24,462 nucleotides of DNA, from assembly GCF_006345805.1 (NCBI RefSeq), contig NW_021836352.1, forward strand, positions 1-24,462, read 5' to 3'. The position numbers were made by a program, and so were the translations under genes. The DNA comes from Octopus sinensis. Lineage: Eukaryota. This document shows positions 1-9,779 of this stretch, piece after piece. Numbering within the stretch: the first letter of the stretch is position 1; every line of letters starts with the position of its first letter. The notes under the pieces are model-generated. The model searched no databases. It saw only the letters and a list, made by a program, of their open reading frames with translations, and was not told where the DNA came from.

Positions 1-855
1 ACCTAAGCAGTGACCTTCATGAGGCAGTGTGCCGAGTGAAATCACTGTGTTTATTCCGCAAGTTATGAAATTTGTGTTTTTGTGATCACTTGTATGTTGT
101 AGTCTGCAATTTTGTCATGGACAGGAAGTTGGAACAAAGATCCAACATGAAATTTTGTGTTAAACTTAGGAAGTCTGTAATAGAGAGATTGAGCATGCTT
201 CGGCAAACTTACGGTGATGAAGCCATGGGTCGTACACAATGTTTCGATTGGTACGAATGCTTCAAAAACCGATGAACGTCCCTAGAAAACGATGTGCGAC
301 CTGGAAGACCTGCCACGAGCGACCCCGCAGAAATGTGGTTTTGTGCAGCGAGACTTCGTCCCCCAGGGTCAGACCACCGATCGAGAGTTCTACTGCGACG
401 TTTTGAAACGTTTGAGAGAGAGGACATTCGGCGAAAGCGACCTGATCTATGGAGCGCGAAGAGTTGGATTTTTCACGACGACAATGCACCCTGTCACCGA
501 GCTCTCCTCGCTCGCGAGTTTCTCGCCAAAAACAACATGCTATTGCTTCCGCACCCGTCATATTCGCCTGATTTAATTCCTGCAGACTTCCATCTCTCCC
601 CCGAGATGAAAATGTAAGCGAAAGGTCGCCATTTCAACACCGTTGTCGAGACCCAGAGCGAATCACAGAAGGCCCTCGCCCTTGCTTACGGAAAGCGACT
701 TCTAGGCCAGATTCCCAAAGTGGCAGGAACGCTGGGATCGGTATATTGCTGCGCAAGGTGACTATTTCGAAGGAGATGATGTTAAAACTTAGGTAAATAA
801 GTTATTTTTTATTAAGCATAATTAGTCCTGGAACTTTTCGATACCATCTCAGATA
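1..855 (+). mobile_element. Internally deleted mariner (Tc1/mariner) element; 5' TIR lies upstream of the window
   Basis: Transposase relic followed by a mariner-like right TIR (TAGTCCTGGAACTTTTCGATACCATCTCAGA, ~823-853) ending at TA 854-855. Confidence 0.85.
117..792 (+). pseudogene. Mariner transposase pseudogene with frameshifts, stops and a central deletion
   Basis: N-terminal HTH MDRKLEQRSNMKFCVKL..YGDEAMGRTQCFDW and GRPATS joined at ~337 directly to FVPQGQT..FYCDVLKRL. Then WIFHDDNAPCH, HPSYSPDLIPADF and the C-terminus KWQERWDRYIAAQGDYFEGD. The WVPxxL motif and first catalytic Asp are absent. Confidence 0.9.
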
Positions 856-1490
856 ATTGTTTTTATTAAAGGTATAATTGTTTGAAATAATAGCCATGCT
901 TGCATCATTCAGTCGATTCATTACGGTATTGGTTTTCAAGTATAGTTTGTTCGCGGTAACTGTATCCACACACGTCATCCTAATAGATTATTTCATATTT
1001 TTTAATATCGTCTAAGTTTTTCTTTCTATTTGACGCTGAAAACTGGCACTTGCAGGTTTAATGCCTGAAGAATTTCGTATCTATTTCAATACACCAATAG
1101 AAAACGAAAATTGAAGAAGAAAAATTTGATACAGAACAATTGGAGAAAATATGCATTTCAGAACCGTGTGGCCCCAAAAGTGATGTCGACACACAAATGC
1201 CTTGAAATCTGTAAAAGCCTAGGTCCTTTCTCTACAGAAACAGGCAACAACAATTAACAAACATCTCTAAGACTACGATATAAACTATATCAGTAACACG
1301 ATAGTAATAATAAAAAATCTGAAGTAACATTGTTATCTCTCTTCTATCAGCCCCGTACAGAATATAAACAGTATCTGAAAATTTGCGTCACATCACACGT
1401 AAATGTGTATATGTGTATGTCTGTGTATGTAGGTCTCCCTTTACATTTATCAAACACACACACACACACACATGTATAAATACATACATC

Positions 1491-2140
1491 ATGGACTTTG
1501 AATTAGTCATCCCTTACAACAACAGCTTATCAGCCCTTACACACTTCCTAATCAGCCACCCCTTCCCTGTACCTAGCACTACGGCATTTCTCCGTTTAAA
1601 TGAACCCACCCTAATCCTTAATTGCTTTTCTTTCTCTGAGAAATCTTACAAACAAGCTAGTGGGGTCACATCGGGAACTAAGTGGGGTCCCACTTACGCA
1701 ACCTACTTTGGAGGCTACAATGAGGAGAAAATCCTTTCCCAATTTACGGGACTCACACCAGAATTCTATGATCATTAAATTGATGACTGTGTCGGTGCAA
1801 CTACTTTCACCAGAAAACAGCTCGATAGAATTCATCTCTTTTATTAACTCTATTTGCTCGCCTTGGAATTCACCTCTAACATATCTGATATCTCCGTTCG
1901 TTTTCTGAACATCCCCTTCACAATCAACAATATCCACCTGCTCACCCCGGTCTACAACAAATCTACTGACTCCCATTCCTATCTCCATTACTCATCCTCT
2001 CATTGATTCGGATTTCGAATCCTAACAGAGAAAATATAACATTTTTTCCTGAATCGAAGTTACCCTTGATCAGTTGTGGGCTCTACAGGTCCAAGTCATT
2101 GACCGCTCCACTGCTCTCCTAACCTCTCTACACACCTACA
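1491..2140 (+). pseudogene. Penelope-like retroelement reverse transcriptase fragment, degenerate
   Basis: LVIPYNNSLSALTHFL..LILNCFSFSEKSYKQASGVTSGTKWGPTYA..H*IDDC (YIDD motif at ~1776-1787), followed in shifted frames by KSTDSHSYLHYSSSH and FLNRSYP. These match PLE RT motifs. Confidence 0.8.
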
Positions 2141-2251
2141 AACCGTGTGTAATCATCCTCATCGGTGTCACTTTACCAACACCCCCTTTTTCACGCTGGT
2201 ACGGGTTGGACGGATATATGGATAGATACACCGATATATAGATAGATAAAC

Positions 2252-2666
2252 GTCCCCAAAGTCCATCCCCTCCTCACCGTGGTGGGGACGCTGGCAACGG
2301 GTAGTGTCAGAGCTATGCCGTCGGGAACTTCGGTTCCTGGTAGGGCCACCCAAGGCGGATTGGTCTGACACCGAGTGGTATTAGGGCCACAACCCGGCAG
2401 ACTACGAAAATCCTCGGAGTGCCTGTTTCGGCAACCGGCGGCTCATCGGTCGTTCTGTCCCTTGCGTCTGCGGACAATCTGCGGCAAACAGGATGTCTCT
2501 ACATGTGGGATTGTTGGGGACCGCTTGTGAAATCCACATATTCCCACGAAACTTCTTCCATGAATTCTCAATGGCGAACCTGCCATGGTTCGAGATGCCT
2601 CGAGGGTGGTAGAAGAAGCCGACTCAACCCGCCCAGGGTGAATGTCGCCACAAGTACAAGTATGTA
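2252..2666 (+). mobile_element. 415-bp GC-rich retroposed insert (RTE-like LINE remnant or SINE) with 12-bp target-site duplication
   Basis: Flanked by the direct repeat AGATAGATAAAC (2240-2251 and 2667-2678) and ends in a CAAGTACAAGTA tandem tail. The family assignment is from recalled resemblance only. Confidence 0.6.
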
Positions 2667-2818
2667 AGATAGATAAACCGATATAAATATTATACATTCA
2701 CATACATAGCCACACGCACGAACACATACATGTATCTGATAGACTACACTCTCTCAACTACAACTTTTTTAATATTATTCGAAACACTATTAATGAGAGA
2801 AAATCGAGCAAGGAAGCA

Positions 2819-2880
2819 CTACATAGTTGCTAGACTTGCTAGAAATAGCAGCCAAATCTCTCCCAAAATTACACCCTAGC
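2819..2880 (+). repeat. Dispersed repeat 'GCTAGAC..GAAATAGCAGCCAAATCT' (family R)
   Basis: The same motif occurs at 17710-17784 and 17815-17890, and partially at ~22820-22840. Confidence 0.7.
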
Positions 2881-3198
2881 ATTTTAGAAAGCGATACATA
2901 TAATGTGGTTCTGGATTACCACATTGATGAGATAATCACGCAGGAAACATCCTTTTACCATTGGTCTAATAATCAAGATTAATCTGGACTTAAGCAATAC
3001 CAACAATTGGAGGGAATTTTTTTGAACTCAACACAACGTGAAAAAAAATACAGATAACACGAGAGACACAGAAGCATCGCAAAAGAAGGATTCTTGTAGG
3101 TTCTTTTGAAACACTTTATCTCTGTCTTCTATTGCTTCCAGCCATGGCTCCCCTTCTAGTATGAAATGCACAATTTAATATTTTTTTTTTTTTGCTTA

Positions 3199-3615
3199 GA
3201 GGCGCAGGAGTGGCTGTGTGGTAAGTAGTTTGCTTACCAGCCACATGGTTCCGGGTTCAGTCCCACTGCGTGGCATCTTGGGCAAGTGTCTTCTACTATA
3301 GCCTCGGGCCGACCAAAGCCTTGTGAGTGGATTTGGTAGACGGAAACTGAAAGAAGCCTGTCGTATATATGTATATATGTATATATATGTGTGAGTGTGT
3401 ATGTTTGTGTGTCTGTGTTTGTCCCCCTAGCATTGCTTGACAACCGATGCTGGTGTGTTTACGTCACCGTCACTTAGCGGTTCGGCAAAAGGGACCGATA
3501 GAATAAGTACTGGGCTTACAAAGAATAAGTCCTGGGGTCGATTTGCTCGACTAAAGGCGGTGCTCCAGCATGGCCGCAGTCAAATGACTGAAACAAGTAA
3601 AAAGAGTAAAAAGAG
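3199..3615 (+). mobile_element. tRNA-derived SINE, family A, full length
   Basis: A-box TGGCTGTGTGG, B-box-like GGTTCAGTCC, internal TA/TG tract and (AAGAGTA)n tail. Homologous copies at 22421-22773 and 23897-24315. Confidence 0.9.
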
Positions 3616-3810
3616 ACTTGCTTAGACTTACTTAGAGAAGGAAGGGTGGTACCCATCGCCTTTTAGCAGGGCCTTAGTGATTGGTGAAAAGGAAGAGTGA
3701 AACTGTTCTCCGACAACGAGTGTGGACTCTGCTAATGACACAAAGAGCTCAGGTGAATGGGGTTAAAGTGTAATTGTGATGTGCTGTTAGCTACATGAAG
3801 ATCTTTTCTG

Positions 3811-3873
3811 TTTTCGGGGTCGATAAATTAAGTACCAGTTGCGCACTGGGGTCGATATAATCGAATTAATCCG
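3811..3873 (+). mobile_element. SINE family B fragment (central part)
   Basis: TTTCGGGGTCGATAAATTAAGTACCAGT overlaps the reverse complement of the family B copy at 19927-20068. Confidence 0.6.
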
Positions 3874-3909
3874 TAAATAATAAAGAAATAGGTATTTTGA
3901 TAAAGAAAT

Positions 3910-4320
3910 AGGTAATGGCGGTGATGGTGGTGGTAGTGGTGATAATGTTAGTGGTGGTAATAATTATGGTGATGATGGTAGGGGTGGTAGTAGCATAGGT
4001 TGCAAAGATGGTTGTAATGGTGGTAGTTGTGTTGATGGTAGTGGTGACGGTATTGGTGGTAATGATAATGATAATGATGGGGAAAAGAAGAGGATGGTGT
4101 TGGTGGTGAAGGTAGTATAGGGAAGAGGAAGAGGTTGGTGGTAGTGGTGGTGGTGGCAACAGTTTTGACGGTGGTGGTGGTGATGATAATGATGATGATA
4201 AATGAGGAGAACGATTGTGGTGGTGGTGGTAGTGGCACTGGTTTGATGCTTATAATAATATAGCAGTATTGGCGGCAAGAGTAGTAATGGTGTTGTTGAT
4301 GTTGTTGGCGCTGTTTGTTT
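3910..4320. repeat. (GGT/GAT/GTT)n degenerate trinucleotide low-complexity tract
   Basis: Visible triplet periodicity. It accounts for the Thr/His/Ile-rich ORFs at 3866-4278. Confidence 0.9.
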
Positions 4321-4334
4321 GTTTGCTGAGCGAA

Positions 4335-4686
4335 GCGTTCTTCGTCCCAGAGTGGGAGAAGTCCGAAACGTGGTCCTTTGCTATTCGTAAGACCCGCAGA
4401 AGAGAGAGCAGGTCAACACCCGACACCGAGAGCATCGACGGATGGATGAATGTGCATCCAGGTTCAGCGGTTGCGTAGGAAATCGGGGACAAGAAACAGG
4501 AAGAAAGAGTGAGAGAAAGTTGGAGCGAAAAGAGTACAACAGGGGTCGCCACCACCCCCTGCCGGAGCCTCGTGGGGCTTTAGGTGTTTTCGCTCAATAA
4601 ACACACAAAACGCCCGGTCCGGGAATCGAAACCGCGATCCTCCGACCGCGAGTCCGCTGCCCTAACAACCGGGCCATTGCGCCTCC
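4335..4686 (-). mobile_element. tRNA-derived SINE, family C, with tail type 1
   Basis: The reverse complement begins GGAGGCGCAATGGCCCGGTTGTTAGGGCAGCGGACTCGCGG..GTTTCGATTCC (A/B boxes). Head and body match 12055-12250. Confidence 0.85.
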
Positions 4687-4927
4687 GCTTGTTGCTGTTG
4701 CTGGAAGTCGGGGACAAGAAACGGGAGGAAAGAGTGAGAGAAAGTTGGAGCGAAAAGAGTACAACAGGGGTCGCCCCCCCACCCTGCCGGAGCCTCGTGG
4801 GGCTTTAGGTGTTTTTGCTCAATAAACACACAAAACGCCCGGTCCGGGAATCGAAACCGCGATCCTCCGACCGCGAGTCCGCTGCCCTAACAACCGGGCC
4901 ATTGCGCCTCCGCTTGTTGTTGTTGCT
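4478..4927. repeat. Direct tandem duplication, 2 x 225 bp, of the SINE C 5' half plus flank
   Basis: 4478-4702 and 4703-4927 are near identical, including the non-SINE flank GCTTGTTG(C/T)TGTTGCT. Confidence 0.95.
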
Positions 4928-5133
4928 AGCATTGCTTGTAGCAGTGATAGTGGTGATCTTTCCTTCACTCATTGACCTAATGCATCCACCACAAGGCTAT
5001 TTCAATTGTTATTGTTGTTGTTCAACCTCTCACCTGTTACATGTGCCTGCTCTCTCACATGCAGTATTTTGTTTATTCAATCTTGCCTGATACACGACTT
5101 GGCTGCTGAAGCTTTATTTAACCACATTATATT

Positions 5134-5290
5134 ACGTACGTACGTACGTACGTACGTACGTACGTATGTATGTATGTATGTATGTATGTATGTATGTATG
5201 TATGTATGTATGTATGTATGTATGTATGTATGTATGTATGTTTCTATGTATGTATGTATGTATATATGTATGTATGTATATATATATATA
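5134..5290. repeat. (TACG)n-(TATG)n compound microsatellite
   Basis: Direct reading of the sequence. Confidence 0.95.
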
Positions 5291-5391
5291 TTGTATATTA
5301 TATTGTACAGCTCACACATATTTGACTAATTAAAAATCAGACTTGCTGCTGAAGAAAAGTGATAGAGGAGGGTGTGCGTATGTGTGTGTGT

Positions 5392-5427
5392 ACATATATA
5401 TATTATATATATATATATTATATATAT

Positions 5428-5469
<42 letters not shown>

Positions 5470-5656
5470 ATAATATATATAATATATATATATATATTAT
5501 ATATATATATATGTATATATATATAACTATGTGTGTGTACTTATATATGTAAATGTGCATGTGCGTGTGTGTGTACGTGTACATATATATATACATACAT
5601 GCATACACATATATATATATACATACATCCATATCTCTCTCTCTCTATATATATAT

Positions 5657-5687
<31 letters not shown>

Positions 5688-5706
5688 CATGCATATATAT
5701 ATATAT

Positions 5707-5760
<54 letters not shown>

Positions 5761-5770
5761 AATTAATAAT
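5392..5770. repeat. (TA)n-rich compound microsatellite field
   Basis: Direct reading. Similar fields at ~6175-6290, 6856-7100, 10405-10557, 12437-12925, 13447-13625, 14889-15235 and 17944-18045. Confidence 0.95.
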
Positions 5771-5778
5771 AAATAAAA

Positions 5779-6022
5779 CATATGCATATATACATACATA
5801 TATGTACGTACCTACCTCTACATGTATATATACATGCATATATGGGTACAGGACGCCAAAAAATCGTCGAACACAATGAGAAACGAAAACATAAACACAA
5901 AACCAAGGAAATGGACATTTTTCTTAAACAACGCAAAAATAGAGTACAGGACATACAAAACAAGGAAAATTCCCCTTCTTCAGTCGCCTTTGTTTCATCT
6001 ACTCCACGTTTCGAAGGTCGCA
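5779..6022 (-). mobile_element. Dispersed repeat family P, putative PLE terminal-repeat fragment
   Basis: Homologous to 9434-9750 and 23128-23340 (ATATGGGTACAGGAC..AAGGAA(A/T)ATTCCCCTTCTTCAG). Carries the 3' half of a hammerhead (CGAAACGTGGAGTA-GATGAAAC on the minus strand, 5992-6013). Confidence 0.6.
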
Positions 6023-6187
6023 TACATATACACATATATGGATAGAAGTGAAAGGGGTACAGTGGAATATCCAACGTTTTGGAGTCAATCCTTCGTCAGG
6101 GGGCAGAGAAAAAAAGAAGAAAAAGAGAAAAAGTCAGTTTACATCCTCTCAGCTTGAAAAACTGGCTGCCAAATGTGTGTATGTGTG

Positions 6188-6245
<58 letters not shown>

Positions 6246-6296
6246 CATATACACACAGACCTATATATATATAATTAACATATACACACAATGATA

Positions 6297-6855
6297 TCTA
6301 TACGTACAAATTTGACATGGGCGATTGTTTCTTGTCTTGGGATTCACGGTCAAACAGCGGAGTGAAATTGCGCAAAAAATTACAGACGCGTAGAATGATC
6401 CGGTGGTGATGCTGGGCTTTGTATATTTTCATAGCTTCTATGGTTACCGAGATAATCTACTATAATAATACTTTTGTGTTTATGAATGAGAAAGGAAGGG
6501 GTGATAGATGAATACGGAAGGAAGGGGTAATGTATTACTTGGTAGTGGGATGATGAAAATTGCACGCTGAAAAAATAAATCAAACAGCGTTTTCAAATCT
6601 TTGTGAATATATGTGCGTGTATGTAAAAGGGGGTTGGGTATGTGAATGTGTGTGGGCGTGCCTGTGTGTGTTTGTGTGTGTGTGTGTGTGTGTGCGCGCG
6701 TGCGTGCGTGTGCGAGCGCAATAGAAGTGGGAAAAAAGTCGTTCTAAAATTGCTTTTTAACGTAAGCGTGCCCAAACAAGTCGAATGCTTACACAGAGTA
6801 GGTTTTACAGCCACATCATCCAAACCGACCGGGTGAAACCGGGCTTAGCTGCTAG
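6297..6855 (+). mobile_element. Non-autonomous Helitron-like element H0
   Basis: A|TCTATAC 5' end, subterminal hairpin CCGG-GTGAAA-CCGG, 3' CTAG|T (6852-6855) adjoining (TA)n. Single copy in the window, so the 5' boundary is less certain. Confidence 0.6.
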
Positions 6856-6858
6856 TAT

Positions 6859-6941
<83 letters not shown>

Positions 6942-7102
6942 CGTATATATGTATCCATATATACATATACATATATAGCTATATATACATATATATGCAT
7001 ATATATCCATATACATATATATATATATATATACGTACATACATATTATACACACACACATATATATATACATATATATATATATTCATGCATATATATA
7101 TA

Positions 7103-7790
7103 TAACTTAGAATAACTTAGAAAGGTTTTGGCCAGTATTGGCCCAGGCCATGTCTAACTTAATAGCACCAACTGGCGAAGTCTTTCAATTCAGGATTTGG
7201 GTACCAAGGCCCATTCGAGCAGAGAGTTATTGTTTGCAGAGACATATCCGGGTGTGGGTGGTTTGTCCGGGACTGTTTGAAGGAATTTGTCCAAAGACTT
7301 CTTGAATTTTGTGTGGTCAGTTTCTTTTTTGACGTGTCCTGGTGTAATGTTGAAGAGAGCGGGTCCAATTGAGGTGAAATAGTTGTGCCGTATTGTCGTT
7401 ATGTGAAGTCGCATGGCTCAGTGGTTAGAGCGTCGAGCTTACGATCGTGAGGTTGTGAGCTCGAATCCCGGACCGGGCTGCGTGTTGTGTTCTTGAGCAA
7501 GACACTTTATTTCACGTTGCTCCAGTTCACTCAGCTGTAGAAATGAGTGGCGACGTCACAGGTGCCAAGCTGTATCGACCTTTGTCTTTCCCTTGGATAA
7601 CACTGGTGGCGTGGAGAGGGAAGGCCGGTATGCATGGGCGACTGCTGGTCTTCCATAAAAAAAAACCTTGCCCAGACTTGTGCCTCAGAGGGTAACTCTC
7701 TAGGTGCAAACCCATGGTCACTCATGACCGAAGGGTGTCTTTTATTGTCGTTATGTGGTGCGATTTAGATTTTTGTTGTGGACGGATGGC
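7103..7790 (-). mobile_element. 5'-truncated CR1-like LINE 3' end, interrupted by a SINE
   Basis: Removing the SINE and one TSD restores RPQQKSKSHHITTIRHNYFTSIGPALFNITP..FKKSLDKFLQTVPDKPPTPGY..NNSLLEW, a CR1-type ORF2 C-terminus. The tail is (TTCTAAGTTA)2. Confidence 0.75.
7406..7742 (+). mobile_element. tRNA-derived SINE, family D, with 15-bp TSD
   Basis: A-box TGGCTCAGTGG, B-box GCTCGAATCC, central TTGAGCAAGACACTT block. TSD TATTGTCGTTATGTG at 7391-7405 and 7743-7757. Confidence 0.92.
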
Positions 7791-8081
7791 TCTGTAATGT
7801 GAATGGTGTATAGGATGTATGGGGGGTTAGTGGTATTAATGGAAAGGTTAGTAGTGTTCTGTATTATGTTATGTCTTCATATTGAGCAGTGGAAGGTATT
7901 TATTGATGAAAGTTGCCTCTTTATTCATTCTTTGTTGTATTTATGTCTTCTGTGAACATTGATAGAAGGGGAAAATTAGGAAATTAGGATTAAGATTCTA
8001 GCACACCTTTCTAGTGTTCACTAACGTGTACCTGTCTGTATTGTGGGTGGCGGATTGCTCTTTGTGGAGAGTGGTTCTTCG

Positions 8082-8137
<56 letters not shown>

Positions 8138-8514
8138 ATATATATATACATAAACATACATATATATATACATACATACAATTATATACATACACATAAA
8201 TATACATATATATATATGTCGAAGAACCACTCTCCACAAAGAGCAAATCCGCCACCCACAATACAGACAGGTACACGTTAGTGAACACATAGAAAGGTGT
8301 GCTAGGAATCTTAATCCTAATTTCCTAATTTTCCCCTTCTATCAATGTTCACAGAACACCTAAATACAACAAAGAATGAATAAAGAGGCAACTTTCATCA
8401 ATAAATACCTTCCACAGCTCAATATGAATACATAACATAATACAGAACACTACTAACCTTTCCATTAATACCACTAACCCCCATACATCCCATACATCAT
8501 TCACATTACAGAGC
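7789..8514. repeat. Inverted repeat with ~300-bp arms (7789-~8088 / ~8213-8514) around a TA-rich spacer; PLE-derived
   Basis: The arms are reverse complements with a few substitutions and indels. Confidence 0.95.
8217..8435 (+). pseudogene. Penelope-like GIY-YIG endonuclease C-terminal fragment
   Basis: CRRTTLHKEQIRHPQYRQVHVSEHIERCARNLNPNFLIFPFYQCSQNT*IQQRMNKEATFINKYLPQLNMNT*. The IFPFY..R..KE..FI.K..P.LN pattern is typical of PLE ORF ends. The mirror copy is on the minus strand at ~7868-8084. Confidence 0.75.
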
Positions 8515-8623
8515 TATATCTACCCTAAATGCACCAAATCCAGAACTATTTACCTCCCTTACCTATAATCGTTTTACTCAGGGACTAGTAGACAAGACAC
8601 CGTTCATTAATCGATGTGCAGTC

Positions 8624-8662
8624 AAAGCAATGATTAGTAAATTTACGAAACCTGTATGCTTT
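8624..8662 (+). ncRNA. Degenerate type I hammerhead ribozyme motif
   Basis: AAAGCA / ATGATTA (core; C3>A, G8>U) / GTAAATTTAC (helix II) / GAAA / C-CT-G / TA / TGCTTT. All helices are in register. Confidence 0.55.
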
Positions 8663-9203
8663 TGAATCTCTTTAACAATTCATAATAATGACTTTTATTA
8701 CTTTTATTCATACCTCAGTTCATCTAATTGTATATATCTATCGTTACTTTTCATAAAAAGCCTTTACTTTTTTTTGAATTCCAATGTGCTTTTTCGCTTA
8801 TTTCTCTTCTTACTTTCCCTTTACATTTCCACGTGCAGTTTCTATTTTTTTTGTAACATATTTCTATTATATATTATATATATATATATATTATATACGA
8901 AATAAGAAAATGGAGAAATACATCTAAATCAATATCAATTACCAGAGATCACTACCACATCACATACTTTATTAAACCACCACATAAGAAAACTATAGGG
9001 TTAAACATAAAAAAGTAGAGCAAAACAGTGTACATAAAGGAATGTACATAAAAAAGTGTACATAAAAGAGTACTGTTATACAATAAGTAGAATATATATA
9101 AGAGAATATAAATATAAGTAAATATAAATATAATACTTCACTAGCAGTATATTGAATATATGTTATCCCATAGAGGGTTGCATTTACAACCCCTATCTCA
9201 ATT

Positions 9204-9237
<34 letters not shown>

Positions 9238-9266
9238 GACTTATTGATGTGCTTAGTTTCTCTTTC

Positions 9267-9355
9267 TTTCCCTGACGGGATGGTTGCATTGTTTTACATC
9301 ATTTTTATTCCCTCTGGAATAATCTAAATGCTTTCTTCGAAACATATCTTGGAAG
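9267..9355 (+). ncRNA. Degenerate type I hammerhead ribozyme motif
   Basis: TTTCC / CTGACGG / GATGGTTGCATT..AATGCTTTCTTC (9 of 12 pairs) / GAAA / C-ATAT-C-T-T / GGAAG. The downstream flank resembles that of the 16435 motif. Confidence 0.55.
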
Positions 9356-9433
9356 TATAAATGATTTGAACAATACCTGCGTTTGACTCCATTTCTGAAT
9401 TTATATATAAAACTTACATAAATAATATATAAA

Positions 9434-9750
9434 TATATGCATATATACATATATATATATATATGTACATACCTACATTTATATGTATATATACATGCAT
9501 ATATGGGTACAGGACATCAAAAAACACAATGAGAAACGAAATCATAAAAACAAAAGCATAGAAACGAACTTTTTTCAAACAAAGAAAAAACAGAGTACAA
9601 GACATACAACACAAGGAATATTCCCCTTCTTCAGTTGTCCCTGTTTCATCTACTCCGCGTTCGAGAGTACGGACAAGACGCGACTTCATTGAAACAGTCC
9701 TTCCCGCAAAGCAAATGAAATAAAATTTGGGATTTTTGCGGAAGGTAAAA
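9434..9750 (-). mobile_element. Family P repeat (putative PLE terminus) with a core-deleted hammerhead at 9641-9697
   Basis: Homology to 5779-6022 and 23128-23340. CTGTTTCA/TGAAACAG helix I flanks a broken core. Confidence 0.6.
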
Positions 9751-9779
9751 GTGGTAACAAGAACAGGACAGTAAGAACA

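Noticed and set aside
2420-2455. Minus-strand CCGATGA..CGAAAC hammerhead-like spacing
   Set aside because: Helix II pairs poorly, there is no NUH triplet in register, and no helix I can be formed.
2555-2635. Possible HDV-like ribozyme fold on the minus strand of the RTE-like insert
   Set aside because: Partial P1/P3/P4 pairing is possible, but L3 lacks the conserved G, J4/2 lacks the catalytic C, and P2 is weak.
3199-3280. tRNA gene calls for the SINE heads (also 7406, 11259, 12055, 24240)
   Set aside because: A/B boxes are present but there is no complete cloverleaf, and each continues into a SINE body and tail.
4340-4390. CGAAAC-GTG-GTC following a hairpin (hammerhead 3' half)
   Set aside because: No CUGANGA core or helix I partner upstream.
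5006-6294. Many YI/CV/HT-repeat ORFs here and at 12331-13684, 14963-15251 and 22871-23748
   Set aside because: Dinucleotide and tetranucleotide microsatellite translations.
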